A stretch of 64,000 nt of DNA from Octopus vulgaris (Eukaryota): contig OX597823.1 in assembly GCA_951406725.2 (NCBI GenBank), forward strand, positions 25,358,001-25,422,000, in the 5' to 3' direction. Position 1 is the stretch's first letter. Every line of letters starts with the position of its first letter. This document shows positions 48,902-61,210 of the stretch, in pieces. The position numbers were made by a program, and so were the translations under genes. The notes under the pieces are model-generated. The model had not been told where the DNA came from and made no database searches. It worked only from the letters and a program-made list of their open reading frames with translations.

Positions 48902-51900
48902 AAAATTGTTGATTACAGAGGATTCACAGGTGATAATACTTAATTGTTGGTGAATGTTATCGTACGGTTTACAGATAAAAATAAACTTGATAACAGGATC
49001 AAGCGTATTAAGATAAACGAATTGTGTACTAAGTTGACGTGTCGTTGAGTAAACAGAAATTCAATCCCGTAACTATGCTACAAGAAAAAAACAAAGTTCT
49101 TTATGAAAGAAAAGGGAACTAAAGAAAGCTTCTACAATATAGAAAGTTTTACAATAAACCGTTATATTTCGGGCGCAAAGGCCTATCTTTAGAAGGAATA
49201 TGTAATTACATCGTTTAGAAATTATATATTGCGCTCGAAATATAAGGTTTTCCTTTTGTAAAACTTTCTGCATTTTTAGAAGCGTTCTTTATTTCCCTTT
49301 TCTTTCATTTTCTACTTCTATACTTCAATGATTAAAGCGAACTAGAATGCTAAGATTCTTTATAATGGAATACACGAATATCGTTTTAAAACCACATTGG
49401 TCTCTTCTGTCATTGACCAATACTTCCTAGTGAATGACAGAAGAGCAGGTTCTCAGCAAATCTGGCTTTGCAGAAGCCTTTTATGTACAAATTGAGGAGG
49501 AAGAGAGACTTCAGATGTAGGAGAAGATTATTAAAGAATGCTTCAATCACATTTATGATGTTGGAAATCAGAGAGATATGATGATAGTTGGCAGGGTTAT
49601 AGAGGTTACCTGTAGATGAAGTTTGGCTGAATGGTTAAATTAGCATTGCAAATACGAGTGTTCATCTGCGTGGCATCTTGAGAAAATGTCTTTTGCCATA
49701 GGTTCGAGTTAACTACTCCATGCTTCATAAGTGAAACTGAATAAATAGAAATTGTGCAGAAAACCGCCGGATGGATTGTGCCAATAATTCAAATGTACAG
49801 CCTTCTTACACACCGTATCACGCTAACTGTGCCTGTAAATTATATTAAGGCTACTCGTGTCTGTGTAATACTCTATCACTCGAAGTCTAATTCAATGAGC
49901 AAATAAAACTACCGAACCGCCATCATGAAGCCGACGGAGATCCATTACATTAAGAGGTTCTACTTATTTAAGAGGAGACACATTGTAGCAGGCAAATATT
50001 AGAGTATAGTGAAAAACATTACAAAATTTACAAGGATAAAGGCTCTCCTTTGGACGCAACGTTAGAGCATAATAGAAGAGATTATTCCTACTCCATGCTT
50101 CATAAGTGAAACTGAATAAATAGAAATTGTGCAGAAAACCGCCGGATGGATTGTGCCAATAATTCAAATGTACAGCCTTCTTACACACCGTATCACGCTA
50201 ACTGTGCCTGTAAATTATATTAAGGCTACTCGTGTCTGTGTAATACTCTATCACTCGAAGTCTAATTCAATGAGCAAATAAAACTACCGAACCGCCATCA
50301 TGAAGCCGACGGAGATCCATTACATTAAGAGGTTCTACTTATTTAAGAGGAGACACATTGTAGCAGGTTTCCAAATATTAGAGTATAGTGAAAAACATTA
50401 CAAAATTTAGCAAGGATAAAGGCTCTCCTTTGGACGCAACGTTAGAGCATAATAGAAGAGAAATTATTCCTGCAGGACATGGAAGCCAAGTCACCTGCAC
50501 TTCTACGTAGCTATATGACTGAAATCACATTCTACACATTCTATGCTATGGGTATGTTATGATCACTTTATGAGTGTTGGAAAAGGATGGCATCAAAATA
50601 ACCACATGAAACAACTCTTTCTAGTTCAGAAAAGAATTTACGTTGATTCGGTTGTTAATCTGCCACCCGGACTTAACGGTATCGCCCTTGATTTATGAGC
50701 CAAGTATGAATCTATGAATCTTGAGTACAAGATAATTCGAAATAATACCAGAAAACCAACGCCATCCTCTCTCTCTATCTTTATGTCGCTTCTGTATTTA
50801 AGCCAGTTTTGCGTATTAGAATTTAAGTCAAGTCCTTGTTCCTAAATAGTCTTCGGAGGCAGATTATTTCCTTCCTTTTCCTCAAGAATAATTTTTCTTG
50901 CCTTAAAAACAAAAAGCGCGAATTTTTGCAACAGAGGGGTGGATTCCACTAATAGATGTTATGAAACAAGGTAGTGGTAATAAACCGAGAGACGAATTAA
51001 ATCTTCTGCCTAAGTAAGTCTTGGTGACATTTGAACTCAGAACTCTAAGAGCAAGAACAAATGTAAGGAATCCCGTCCAATGTTCTAACGACATCGCCAG
51101 TTCACTACCCTAAACAGACTCTTTATCTATCAATTCCGGAAAGCTGAAAAATGAAATTGACTTCGGCGAGTTCGAACTCAGAACGAAGAGAGTCTGAATA
51201 AATACTGCAAGGCATTTCATCCTACGCTCTAACGACTTTTCTAATTTGCCAAATAAATACACTTTACGAAACTTTTTGCGAGTATTTGAGTGTCTAAGTA
51301 CGCTGAATAAAGCACACACACACACATAAGCAGACACATACAAGCATACATACGCGCACACACATATACACACACACGTACATACATACATACATACATA
51401 CATACATACATACATACATACATACATACATACATACATACATACATAAGGTGGATTTTAACAACGATTGCGACATGTGTCCAAGTTGTTCAATTATATA
51501 TAACGAATATCAATATCAGAATCTGTAAATATTATTAGGATATTTTCACATATCATTTCTTAGCCTTGAAGATTTGTGTTAACATTCGACATTTTTATGC
51601 ATGTACTTAATTCTTGTTTTCAGAAAGCTAAACTTTCAAATTATGAATAATAAAGATTCCCCATGCTACAGGTAAGCTTCTTTTAACATTGGCTATCGTC
51701 GACATTTCTTAATTTCCAAATCTTAGGACAGCATGCCTGCATCTTTCACATTTAATGCCAGACACAGTTTGAGACGGTTATAGAAAGTTGTTAGGGCATG
51801 CGGAGTTAACCAAAGATAATCAACGCAAGCAGCAGCAATAGTAACAGTTACTACAACAATAACAACAACGATGACTGAGACATCAAACACAAAAAGAAAA

Positions 51901-52172
51901 CTGTAAGCAAATAAGTCCAATAGCTATAGTATATATAAAAACAATACTAATAACACGAACAATTACAATGAAAACATGAACAAAGTCAGAATAATTTCAA
52001 AAACATAAGAGCAGGTGAAAAAGTAACAATCAGAGTGAGCGAGAGAGAGGGGGTGAGAAAATTAGAGAGTGAGTGAGAGAGAAAGGGAGAGAGAGTGGAG
52101 AAAAGAAGGAGATATAGAGAAAGGAGAAATAGATTGAAAGGTGATCTGCAATAGCAACAGTGAATCCAAAAT

Positions 52173-52355
52173 TGTTACCTTCAAATACCAAATGGAAATA
52201 ATAATCTGTCGATGTTTTTACAGTAATTTATAGCTATAATCTACTCAATGTATTTGAGCTGTTGTTTTAAAGTATCACGTGAGAGATAGCACATGTACGA
52301 GAGAATGAGTGAGGTTGAATGAGAGGGAGGGAGTAAGAAACACATGCTCATGTGA
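52173..52355 (-). promoter_or_regulatory. Duplicate of gene B candidate promoter/first exon (copy 3)
   Basis: Same sequence inside repeat unit 3: TCACGTGA 52275-52282, TATA 52232-52226, exon end 52179. Confidence 0.5.
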
Positions 52356-55300
52356 AAAATTGTTGATTACAGAGGATTCACAGGTGATAATACTTAATTG
52401 TTGGTGAATGTTATCGTACGGTTTACAGATAAAAATAAACTTGATAACAGGATCAAGCGTATTAAGATAAACGAATTGTGTACTAAGTTGACGTGTCGTT
52501 GAGTAAACAGAAATTCAATCCCGTAACTATGCTACAAGAAAAAAACAAAGTTCTTTATGAAAGAAAAGGGAACTAAAGAAAGCTTCTACAATATAGAAAG
52601 TTTTACAATAAACCGTTATATTTCGGGCGCAAAGGCCTATCTTTAGAAGGAATATGTAATTACATCGTTTAGAAATTATATATTGCGCTCGAAATATAAG
52701 GTTTTCCTTTTGTAAAACTTTCTGCATTTTTAGAAGCGTTCTTTATTTCCTTTTCTTTCATTTTCTACTTCTATACTTCAATGATTAAAGCGAACTAGAA
52801 TGCTAAGATTCTTTATAATGGAATACACGAATATCGTTTTAAAACCACATTGGTCTCTTCTGTCATTGACCAATACTTCCTAGTGAATGACAGAAGAGCA
52901 GGTTCTCAGCAAATCTGGCTTTGCAGAAGCCTTTTATGTACAAATTGAGGAGGAAGAGAGACTTCAGATGTAGGAGAAGATTATTAAAGAATGCTTCAAT
53001 CACATTTATGATGTTGGAAATCAGAGAGATATGATGATAGTTGGCAGGGTTATAGAGGTTACCTGTAGATGAAGTTTGGCTGAATGGTTAAATTAGCATT
53101 GCAAATACGAGTGTTCATCTGCGTGGCATCTTGAGAAAATGTCTTTTGCCATAGGTTCGAGTTAACTACTCCATGCTTCATAAGTGAAACTGAATAAATA
53201 GAAATTGTGCAGAAAACCGCCGGATGGATTGTGCCAATAATTCAAATGTACAGCCTTCTTACACACCGTATCACGCTAACTGTGCCTGTAAATTATATTA
53301 AGGCTACTCGTGTCTGTGTAATACTCTATCACTCGAAGTCTAATTCAATGAGCAAATAAAACTACCGAACCGCCATCATGAAGCCGACGGAGATCCATTA
53401 CATTAAGAGGTTCTACTTATTTAAGAGGAGACACATTGTAGCAGGTTTCCAAATATTAGAGTATAGTGAAAAACATTACAAAATTTAGCAAGGATAAAGG
53501 CTCTCCTTTGGACGCAACGTTAGAGCATAATAGAAGAGAAATTATTCCTGCAGGACATGGAAGCCAAGTCACCTGCACTTCTACGTAGCTATATGACTGA
53601 AATCACATTCTACACATTCTATGCTATGGGTATGTTATGATCACTTTATGAGTGTTGGAAAAGGATGGCATCAAAATAACCACATGAAACAACTCTTTCT
53701 AGTTCAGAAAAGAATTTACGTTGATTCGGTTGTTAATCTGCCACCCGGACTTAACGGTATCGCCCTTGATTTATGAGCCAAGTATGAATCTATGAATCTT
53801 GAGTACAAGATAATTCGAAATAATACCAGAAAACCAACGCCATCCTCTCTCTCTATCTTTATGTCGCTTCTGTATTTAAGCCAGTTTTGCGTATTAGAAT
53901 TTAAGTCAAGTCCTTGTTCCTAAATAGTCTTCGGAGGCAGATTATTTCCTTCCTTTTCCTCAAGAATAATTTTTCTTGCCTTAAAAACAAAAAGCGCGAA
54001 TTTTTGCAACAGAGGGGTGGATTCCACTAATAGATGTTATGAAACAAGGTAGTGGTAATAAACCGAGAGACGAATTAAATCTTCTGCCTAAGTAAGTCTT
54101 GGTGACATTTGAACTCAGAACTCTAAGAGCAAGAACAAATGTAAGGAATCCCGTCCAATGTTCTAACGACATCGCCAGTTCACTACCCTAAATAGACTCT
54201 TTATCTATCAATTCCGGAAAGCTGAAAAATGAAATTGACTTCGGCGAGTTCGAACTCAGAACGAAGAGAGTCTGAATAAATACTGCAAGGCATTTCATCC
54301 TACGCTCTAACGACTTTTCTAATTTGCCAAATAAATACACTTTACGAAACTTTTTGCGAGTATTTGAGTGTCTAAGTACGCTGAATAAAGCACACACACA
54401 CACATAAGCAGACACATACAAGCATACATACGCGCACACACATATACACACACACGTACATACATACATACATACATACATACATACATACATACATACA
54501 TACATACATACATACATACATACATAAGGTGGATTTTAACAACGATTGCGACATGTGTCCAAGTTGTTCAATTAACCGGATAACTTATCGAATTAGTGCG
54601 CAAAGTGATAGAATCCTCGTGAACAGTGTAATAAAGACGGACTTTTGAATTACAAAAAAGTGCATTCTATTGGCTTCGACACAATCAGCCAATTACTCTC
54701 TGTTGTAGCTAGCTCACTGGTAAACATATATATTGAATGCGTTTACAATGTTTGCATTTAAGAAAAAAATAATATTGTATTATATAATATATAATTGATT
54801 ACACAATCCCGAGTTCACGATTTCGTTTGGGGTTTGTGATCTCCTCTTGGTATGTGATCTCTTATAGTTCTATACAGATCACAAAAGAAATATTTAGAAC
54901 ATGACCTAATCTTATGACAATAATTAATCCTTTTGAGAATCTCAATGTCTGCAGTAGCCGATACTTATCTACACTTTCCGTATTGTTAAGCAGGAGAAAG
55001 ACAAACGTGCCCTTGGTTTGGCCATTGGTTTGAAGTCGGCACTTCGGGCTAGCAAACTGATCATCAGTTCCACAGCGCTGCCGCTGCAATGAAGTGGCAT
55101 CATACTAAGAGGATGGTTTATGTCACTCATCTGTTTACCATCATTAGAACGTTACTAACAGCCATTAACTATCCTGCAGTTGATTTTTTGCAAGATTAGA
55201 TTCTTGGTCATAGGCACAGAATTATGAATTATATCACATTGTCGTACTACTTTACAGCTAGGTGGACAGAGGTATAGAGTCTCAAGTATATGTCGATGGA

Positions 55301-56080
55301 TATAACAGGGGATAAGAAAGGATAAGATATGCACTACCGATCTTCTAGCATATTGTTCTATATCAGTGTCAAACTCGTTTGGCTTTGAGAGCCAGATTGC
55401 AGCTTAGATTTCACGGGTCGGATAGAGACAGTTATTCCGGAAAATCCCATTCAAAGTAACCGGACACACTGTACATATGACAACTTTATTAACATTAAAT
55501 CAAGGGAAGAATATGAGATGTTAGAAAAGTTTGTATGCAGAGATGTATAGGAAAACTCATCCACAAGCTGAGAAGTGAGATAAAAATTGTTCAAATGAAT
55601 GCATACAGTTCTTGAGACGACCAATGCTTGAGAGAAAGAATAGCATTTAACTATTTTAACACTAAACGTCGTAAAGTTTGATGTTAAGTTCCGTTAACTT
55701 TGGAGTAGCTCATTCTAGTTTACTTCAAACTAAATGTTTAAGTAAAATGCATAAATCAATTTGCATATACAGAGCGGCCTAAAGACTGCGTTATCGTTTA
55801 ATATATATGTACATATTAAGAAGAATATTGAAATTCAGACACAATTTCGATTGATAAATTACATGTGCTATCTTGCGTTTCATTGCTTTATAGTATTATG
55901 ATAGTATAGGAACTTTGTGTCAAGAACACATAATATATATGTGCATGTCTGTGTTTGTGTGAGTCCATGGTGTATGTATATTGGTGCAGGCGTGGTTGTA
56001 TTTTCAGAAGTGTGCTCTACAATGACTCCGGGCCGACCAAAGCCTTGTGAGTTGATTTAGTAGACAGAAACTAAAAGAAG

Positions 56081-56117
<37 letters not shown>

Positions 56118-56221
56118 CATAAAAGAAGTAAGGACCAAAATCCTTCAAAGGGATATTAAACATCCAAGTCCACCTATATTGTTTTCCTTTCCTTATACTT
56201 TATAAATATGCACATACGTAC

Positions 56222-56285
<64 letters not shown>

Positions 56286-56662
56286 AGTATATATATGTAT
56301 GTATATATATATATATATATGCAGAGAGAGAGGGAGACAGACAGACAGACAGACAGGCAAACAAAGACTTGTAGTGAAATGGTATACCCCTTCCCACATG
56401 ACAAAGTGTTATGAGAGCCGCTATAAAGTCAAAAGGGTCAGTCAGTAGTAGCCCGATATATATATATATATAAATGGATGAATGAATAATCCTTTGTTTA
56501 CCGTTAACATGGAAAATTCAATAAACAGTTACCAGGGTAGCAAAATTCACGCAAGTAACACGGATGAAGCGACCTATTCAAAGGTAGAAACTCCGGGTTA
56601 ATGTGCAATAATTTGTGTAGTGTAAGTAAATAAATAGAGTTGAACGCAGATGTTATTAAAAT

Positions 56663-56757
56663 TCTTTTATTTTCGACATATGTTTCGAAGACAACATTGG
56701 TTTTATTCCAAAGGAATAAACGGTGTAAAATGCAATCCTCTCATCAGGAGAGAAAGA
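56663..56757 (-). ncRNA. Type I hammerhead ribozyme motif (inverted copy, weaker stem I)
   Basis: Minus strand: CTGATGA (56747-56741) ... GAAACATATGTC (56686-56675); two mismatches in the proximal part of stem I. Confidence 0.58.
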
Positions 56758-57053
56758 GAGCCTATCTCAACAACATGACATTATAACATTTGCCAGTCTT
56801 TATAGTTTGAACAGTTAGTTTAACTTGCACTTTACTTCAATAGAGAAATCTACTTCTAAGCCTTTGAACATTTTTTCAACCAACGTATCCCTCTTTATTT
56901 GTTCTCTACTTATTATTTCTTTAACCCTCTCTTTCTGGTATCTGCTTTTGAGGTAGAATCTACAAACGGTTTTTAAAAATACTTAATAACGTTCTTTTTA
57001 TCATTTAGGCAGTCATCGTAATTGTTATAATGTCTTGTTGTTGAGATAGGCTC

Positions 57054-57149
57054 TCTTTCTTTCCTGATGAGAAGATTGCATTTTACACTGTTTATTCCTT
57101 TGGAATAAAACCAATGTTGTTTTCGAAACATTATGTCGAAAGTAAAAGA
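57054..57149 (+). ncRNA. Type I hammerhead ribozyme motif
   Basis: Stem I TCTTTCTTTC / GAAAG-TA-AAAGA; CTGATGA 57064-57070; stem II GAAGATTGCATT/AATGTTGTTTTC; GAAA 57125-57128; stem III ACAT-T-ATGT; GTC cleavage site after 57137. Confidence 0.72.
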
Positions 57150-57190
57150 ATTTTAATAACATCTGCGTCCAACTCCATTTATTTACTTTA

Positions 57191-57226
<36 letters not shown>

Positions 57227-57672
57227 CATAACTTTTATAACTTTTACCAAAATCCTTCAAAGGGATGTTGAACATCCAAGTCCGCCTATATTTTTTCCTT
57301 TACCTATACTTTATATATATGCGTATACTATACACACACACACACACACACATATATATATGTACATACATACATACACACACATATATATATATAAATC
57401 CCTTTCTGCGCGCGCACGTGTGTATATGTGTAAAAGATTATAACGGCCGTACTTTTCAACTGACTTTCTCCATATTGGGAACCTACATTACTTATGTTCC
57501 AGAGATGGTTTTAACACTTAAAACTTTTCACATAATGAGTAACGGGCTCCCTGGGGACAGAAAGTACCTGTTTCTGGGTTACGTGGAGAAGGGAGGTAAA
57601 TCTTTGCGAAGTAACTTTCAGAAATTGATTGTCTCCTTTACATCCATTGGTCAAAGACTTATCACAATATCA

Positions 57673-57830
57673 TCTAATATATAAAATAGAGACGTGTGTA
57701 TATTCGCATTTCACGCGTATCTCTATCTCTTTATATCTCTCCATCCATATCTCTCTATCGATCTCTATCTCTATATCTTTCTCTCTGTGTCTATTTTTCT
57801 ACATCCCATCTATCTATCTATCTATCTATC

Positions 57831-57868
<38 letters not shown>

Positions 57869-57881
57869 TCTAAATAGATAG

Positions 57882-57934
<53 letters not shown>

Positions 57935-59437
57935 ACTCACTCTCTATTGTTTTCATTTAAATTTTTTAGACGCTCTTGTTTTCATTTTAAGTTCAATTGC
58001 TATTGTCTTCACTGTAAGATTTCAATCGCTATTTACAAACAACAATGACAAATTACTGACAGAAAGAAGTTCACAAATACTGATAAAAGTAATTTCATAC
58101 ATAATTTATTGATAGAAGTAACTTCATAAATTTCACTTCAATCCGTACACTTCGTTAAGTTAGCCTACAATTTTTTATTTATTTTTGCCACATTTTGTGT
58201 TTTTTTGTTGTTGCCGGAATTACTGATAACAGAAAGATCATAATTTACTGACAGAAGTAACTTTAAAAATTCCACTTAAATCCGTACATTTAGTTAATTT
58301 CCCTAAAAATTTCTTTTTTACTTTTGCAACGGTTTTATATTTTTCTGTTGTTAACGGCTTTTTTCTGGTTCTTTCTATTCTGGCTCTTTGGTTCATTGAG
58401 TGAAAAATTTCGATTCAACATTTACATTTCTTTATTTCTCGTAAAAATTTCTTATTTACTTTCTGTCCGTCGTATCAAGAAATATAATTTCCGTTACCCA
58501 GTTATTTTCACTGTTTACTATCTTCTGCACCTGTGAATTTCTGCATCGCTATAGAACCATACCTAGAAGAAAAGTGTCAAATTTTACTACAATGTCAAGG
58601 TCAGCCAAAAGAATGTTTCTGCCCAGGGAAAGAGAGACAGCTGTAGAAAGGGAAGCATACCAAAAAACGAACAGACTGTGCACTACACAAGCCAGAGCAT
58701 CTCAAAGTGATGAACAGAGGTATGCACGGCTGACAAGGAATAGGCTCTTCACTGCAGAACGAAGACTGTTGCAACAGCTCAGAGTAGCAAATTCTATGAA
58801 GCAGCTTTCGATTATGATCCAGCAGCGCATTATGAAGATGACACTAGAGCTTCCATTGGTACAATGACAACTGAGTGCATACATTGTAAAGCAAGAAAGT
58901 GGTCGGGAGAGACACGTGCACTGTACTGCATTGGTGGAAAGGTTAAACTACTTGCAATCTCCAAACTCCAGAGCCATTGAAGAAACTGTTGTCATCAACT
59001 GACCAAGATTCCAAGCACTTCCAAAACAAAATTACACAATACAACGCTGCATTACAGATGACATCATTTGGAGTCACAAGAGCTATAACTGATCCAAGAT
59101 TCATGCAAACTTTCAAGATCCAAGGTCAAATTTATCATTGGATTGGCTCTCTACCACCTTTGTCAAATAAATCACCAAATTCAGCCTTTCATTGTTTATG
59201 ATCTGTACCTGTTTCTTGGTTACAAAATAAGCTACACAAAAGTGTTTTTGAATTACGTATATTTATCTTATATATATTCCACTTGATGTCTATGTTCTAT
59301 GCTGGTATGGGTTAGAGAGTTATTAATGTAGAAAGTTAGTATCTCAGTTACTAACAGTTGAGACCTGCGTAATCTGGACGGAGTTTTAAATTTTTATTAT
59401 TCTCTTTAAACCGGGCAACGCCGGGTATATGTGCTAT
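57673..59437 (+). mobile_element. Internally deleted Helitron with RepHel N-terminal remnant (58574-59200)
   Basis: 5' end A|TCTAATATATAAAA; AAFDYDP...CIHCKARKWSGE...GGKVKL...QYNAALQMTSFG...TFKIQGQIYHWIGSL; 3' end CCGGGCAACGCCGGG...CTAT. Confidence 0.85.
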
Positions 59438-59540
59438 TATATATATATATATATATGCGTGTATATATATATATGTATATGTATATATATATATGTGTAT
59501 GTATGTATATATATATATACATATATATATATATACATGC

Positions 59541-59596
<56 letters not shown>

Positions 59597-60039
59597 GGAG
59601 TGTTGTAGTGAAGTGGTACACCTCTTCCCACGTGACAAAGTGTTATGAGAGCCACTATGAAGTCAGAGAGGTCAGTCAGTAGTAGTAGATTCGTTGTACG
59701 AGTTTCTCAGTTAGAGTCAGTGATATATACGAGTTCGAGTTATCGTCAAGGTAGACGTTTCAAAGTCATTATCCTGCGGAGCTATCAGCGAGTCAGAGAT
59801 AATAAGACGCGGAATATCGCCACAACATGATAGTGGTGACAAGAATATTACAGTGTCGACGACAACATACAAGTGGACGAGGACCCACATTATAACAGTG
59901 AGAGAGAGAGAGAGAGAGAGAAGGAGAGAGGGAGAAAGAGAGAGAGAGGGGAGAGAAAGAGAGATAGAGTTACTCAAGACACATAGATTTTCCAGAAAGT
60001 AAGGAAAAAGTGGGTACTACTTATTTACTAGTTGATATT

Positions 60040-61210
60040 AGTCATCCAAAATGCGAGTTGCTAGAGTAACTCTTCTTTCTGTTCTTCATTGCAAGCAAAT
60101 AGCTTCCAAGCAGAAGCAACTTGTCTTCAATGAGTTCTTGGTGAAATAGGGGTAAAGGCTGTCCATCACCCACAGAAGGCTACATGCTGTTTACGGAGAT
60201 GGCACCTCAAATGAGAGCAATGTCACAGATGGATGAAGATGTTTAAAGAAGAAACCAATATTAAAGACTATACGGTGGGAGACAATCAACTGCGACCACT
60301 CACACTATCGCCATCGAATAGACGAATTGATTCGTGCTGACACATGAGTCGCAGTCCGTGAGTCTGCTATGCAACTGGACTATGTGGTTACAATTCGTTA
60401 CACAAAGTGGTGGAAGAATTTGGGTATCAGTAAGTGTGTGAAGAATTTGGGTATCAGTAAGTGTGTGAAGATACCTTGCTTGTTGGCACCCGATATGAAG
60501 GAGAGGAGTGTGGTGCAAGTCTGTTCTGATTTGTTGAAAGCGTTGGAAGACAATAAAGACACGTTTTCTTTTTACCGATCTGGTGGTAGGATATGAAATG
60601 TGGGTGTATCCTCATGTTTCGGAAATGAAAACGAAAGTTTAATCCATGGAATTGGATCATACCTTTCTCCAAGGCTTAATAAATTCAAAAGCCAGCGATC
60701 GGTACCGAATATCATAATGACTGTATTTTCGGATGACAAGGGCATCATTCCCCTTGATTTTCTGGAACGTGTTTGTCCCGTGAACCGCAAGCGGTACATT
60801 GAGAAATCCAGAGGACTTATGGTAGCCGTTAGAAGGAAGAGACCGAGTAAGAATGCAAAAATTATTCATGTTTACCACACACACTTTTGACAACAAATCA
60901 GGCAATCAGCAAATTGGGCCTGTTGCCGTTCTATTCGGATTTGGCACTCACCAACGTCCAATTGTTCAATCCAATAAAGAATAGTCGTCAGGGATAATGT
61001 CTTGATGATATAGATGGGTAAATGTGATTTTGCTGAAGTAGGCACAACAGTGCACACCTGAATTTTTGAATTTTTTCAAAGGGTATTCAAGAGTTGGGTC
61101 CAACGATAGTACAAATGCATCGCTTGAGATGAGGACTGTGTTGAGTAGTATCTTTATATAGAGGAAGAGTTACTCAAGCAACATGTGCAGTTTGAACGAC
61201 TTGTGCCACT
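60040..61210 (+). mobile_element. Decayed mariner transposon
   Basis: Remnants HRRLHAVYGD, LGISKCVKIPCLLAPDMKERSV and KFKSQRSVPNIIMTVFSDDKGIIPLDFLE; frameshifted, with an internal 27-bp duplication. Confidence 0.8.

Larger units (their letters stand above)
44587..54574. repeat. Three near-identical tandem units (44587-48043, 48044-51499, 51500-54574)
   Basis: Each unit starts ATAACGAATATCAATATCAG and ends GTCCAAGTTGTTCAATTA. Identical spurious ORFs recur at offsets 3457 and 3456. Unit 3 is shorter because it lacks an internal 389-bp duplication. Confidence 0.97.
56624..57188. mobile_element. Inverted ~165-bp repeats (56624-56788 / 57023-57188), Penelope-like terminal repeat structure
   Basis: The arms are reverse complements and each holds a hammerhead core. 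Inverted terminal repeats with type I HHRs are known for Penelope-like elements. No RT or GIY-YIG ORF was recognised. Confidence 0.6.

Noticed and set aside
44810-54554. Recurrent identical 60-110 aa ORFs suggesting a triplicated gene cluster
   Set aside because: They recur only because the DNA is tandemly repeated. They are low-complexity or SINE-derived with no recognisable domains, and no cathepsin coding exon is present in the units.
55360-55760. Possible hAT-type MITE (CAGTGTCAAACTC...GCCAGATT); similar hint at 21808-22385
   Set aside because: A convincing matching second TIR and an 8-bp TSD could not be identified by eye.
59700-59800. Possible hammerhead on the minus strand (CTGATAG...GAAACGTC...GACG)
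   Set aside because: The core is CTGATAG rather than CTGANGA, there is no UH cleavage site after the stem, and no stem I was found.
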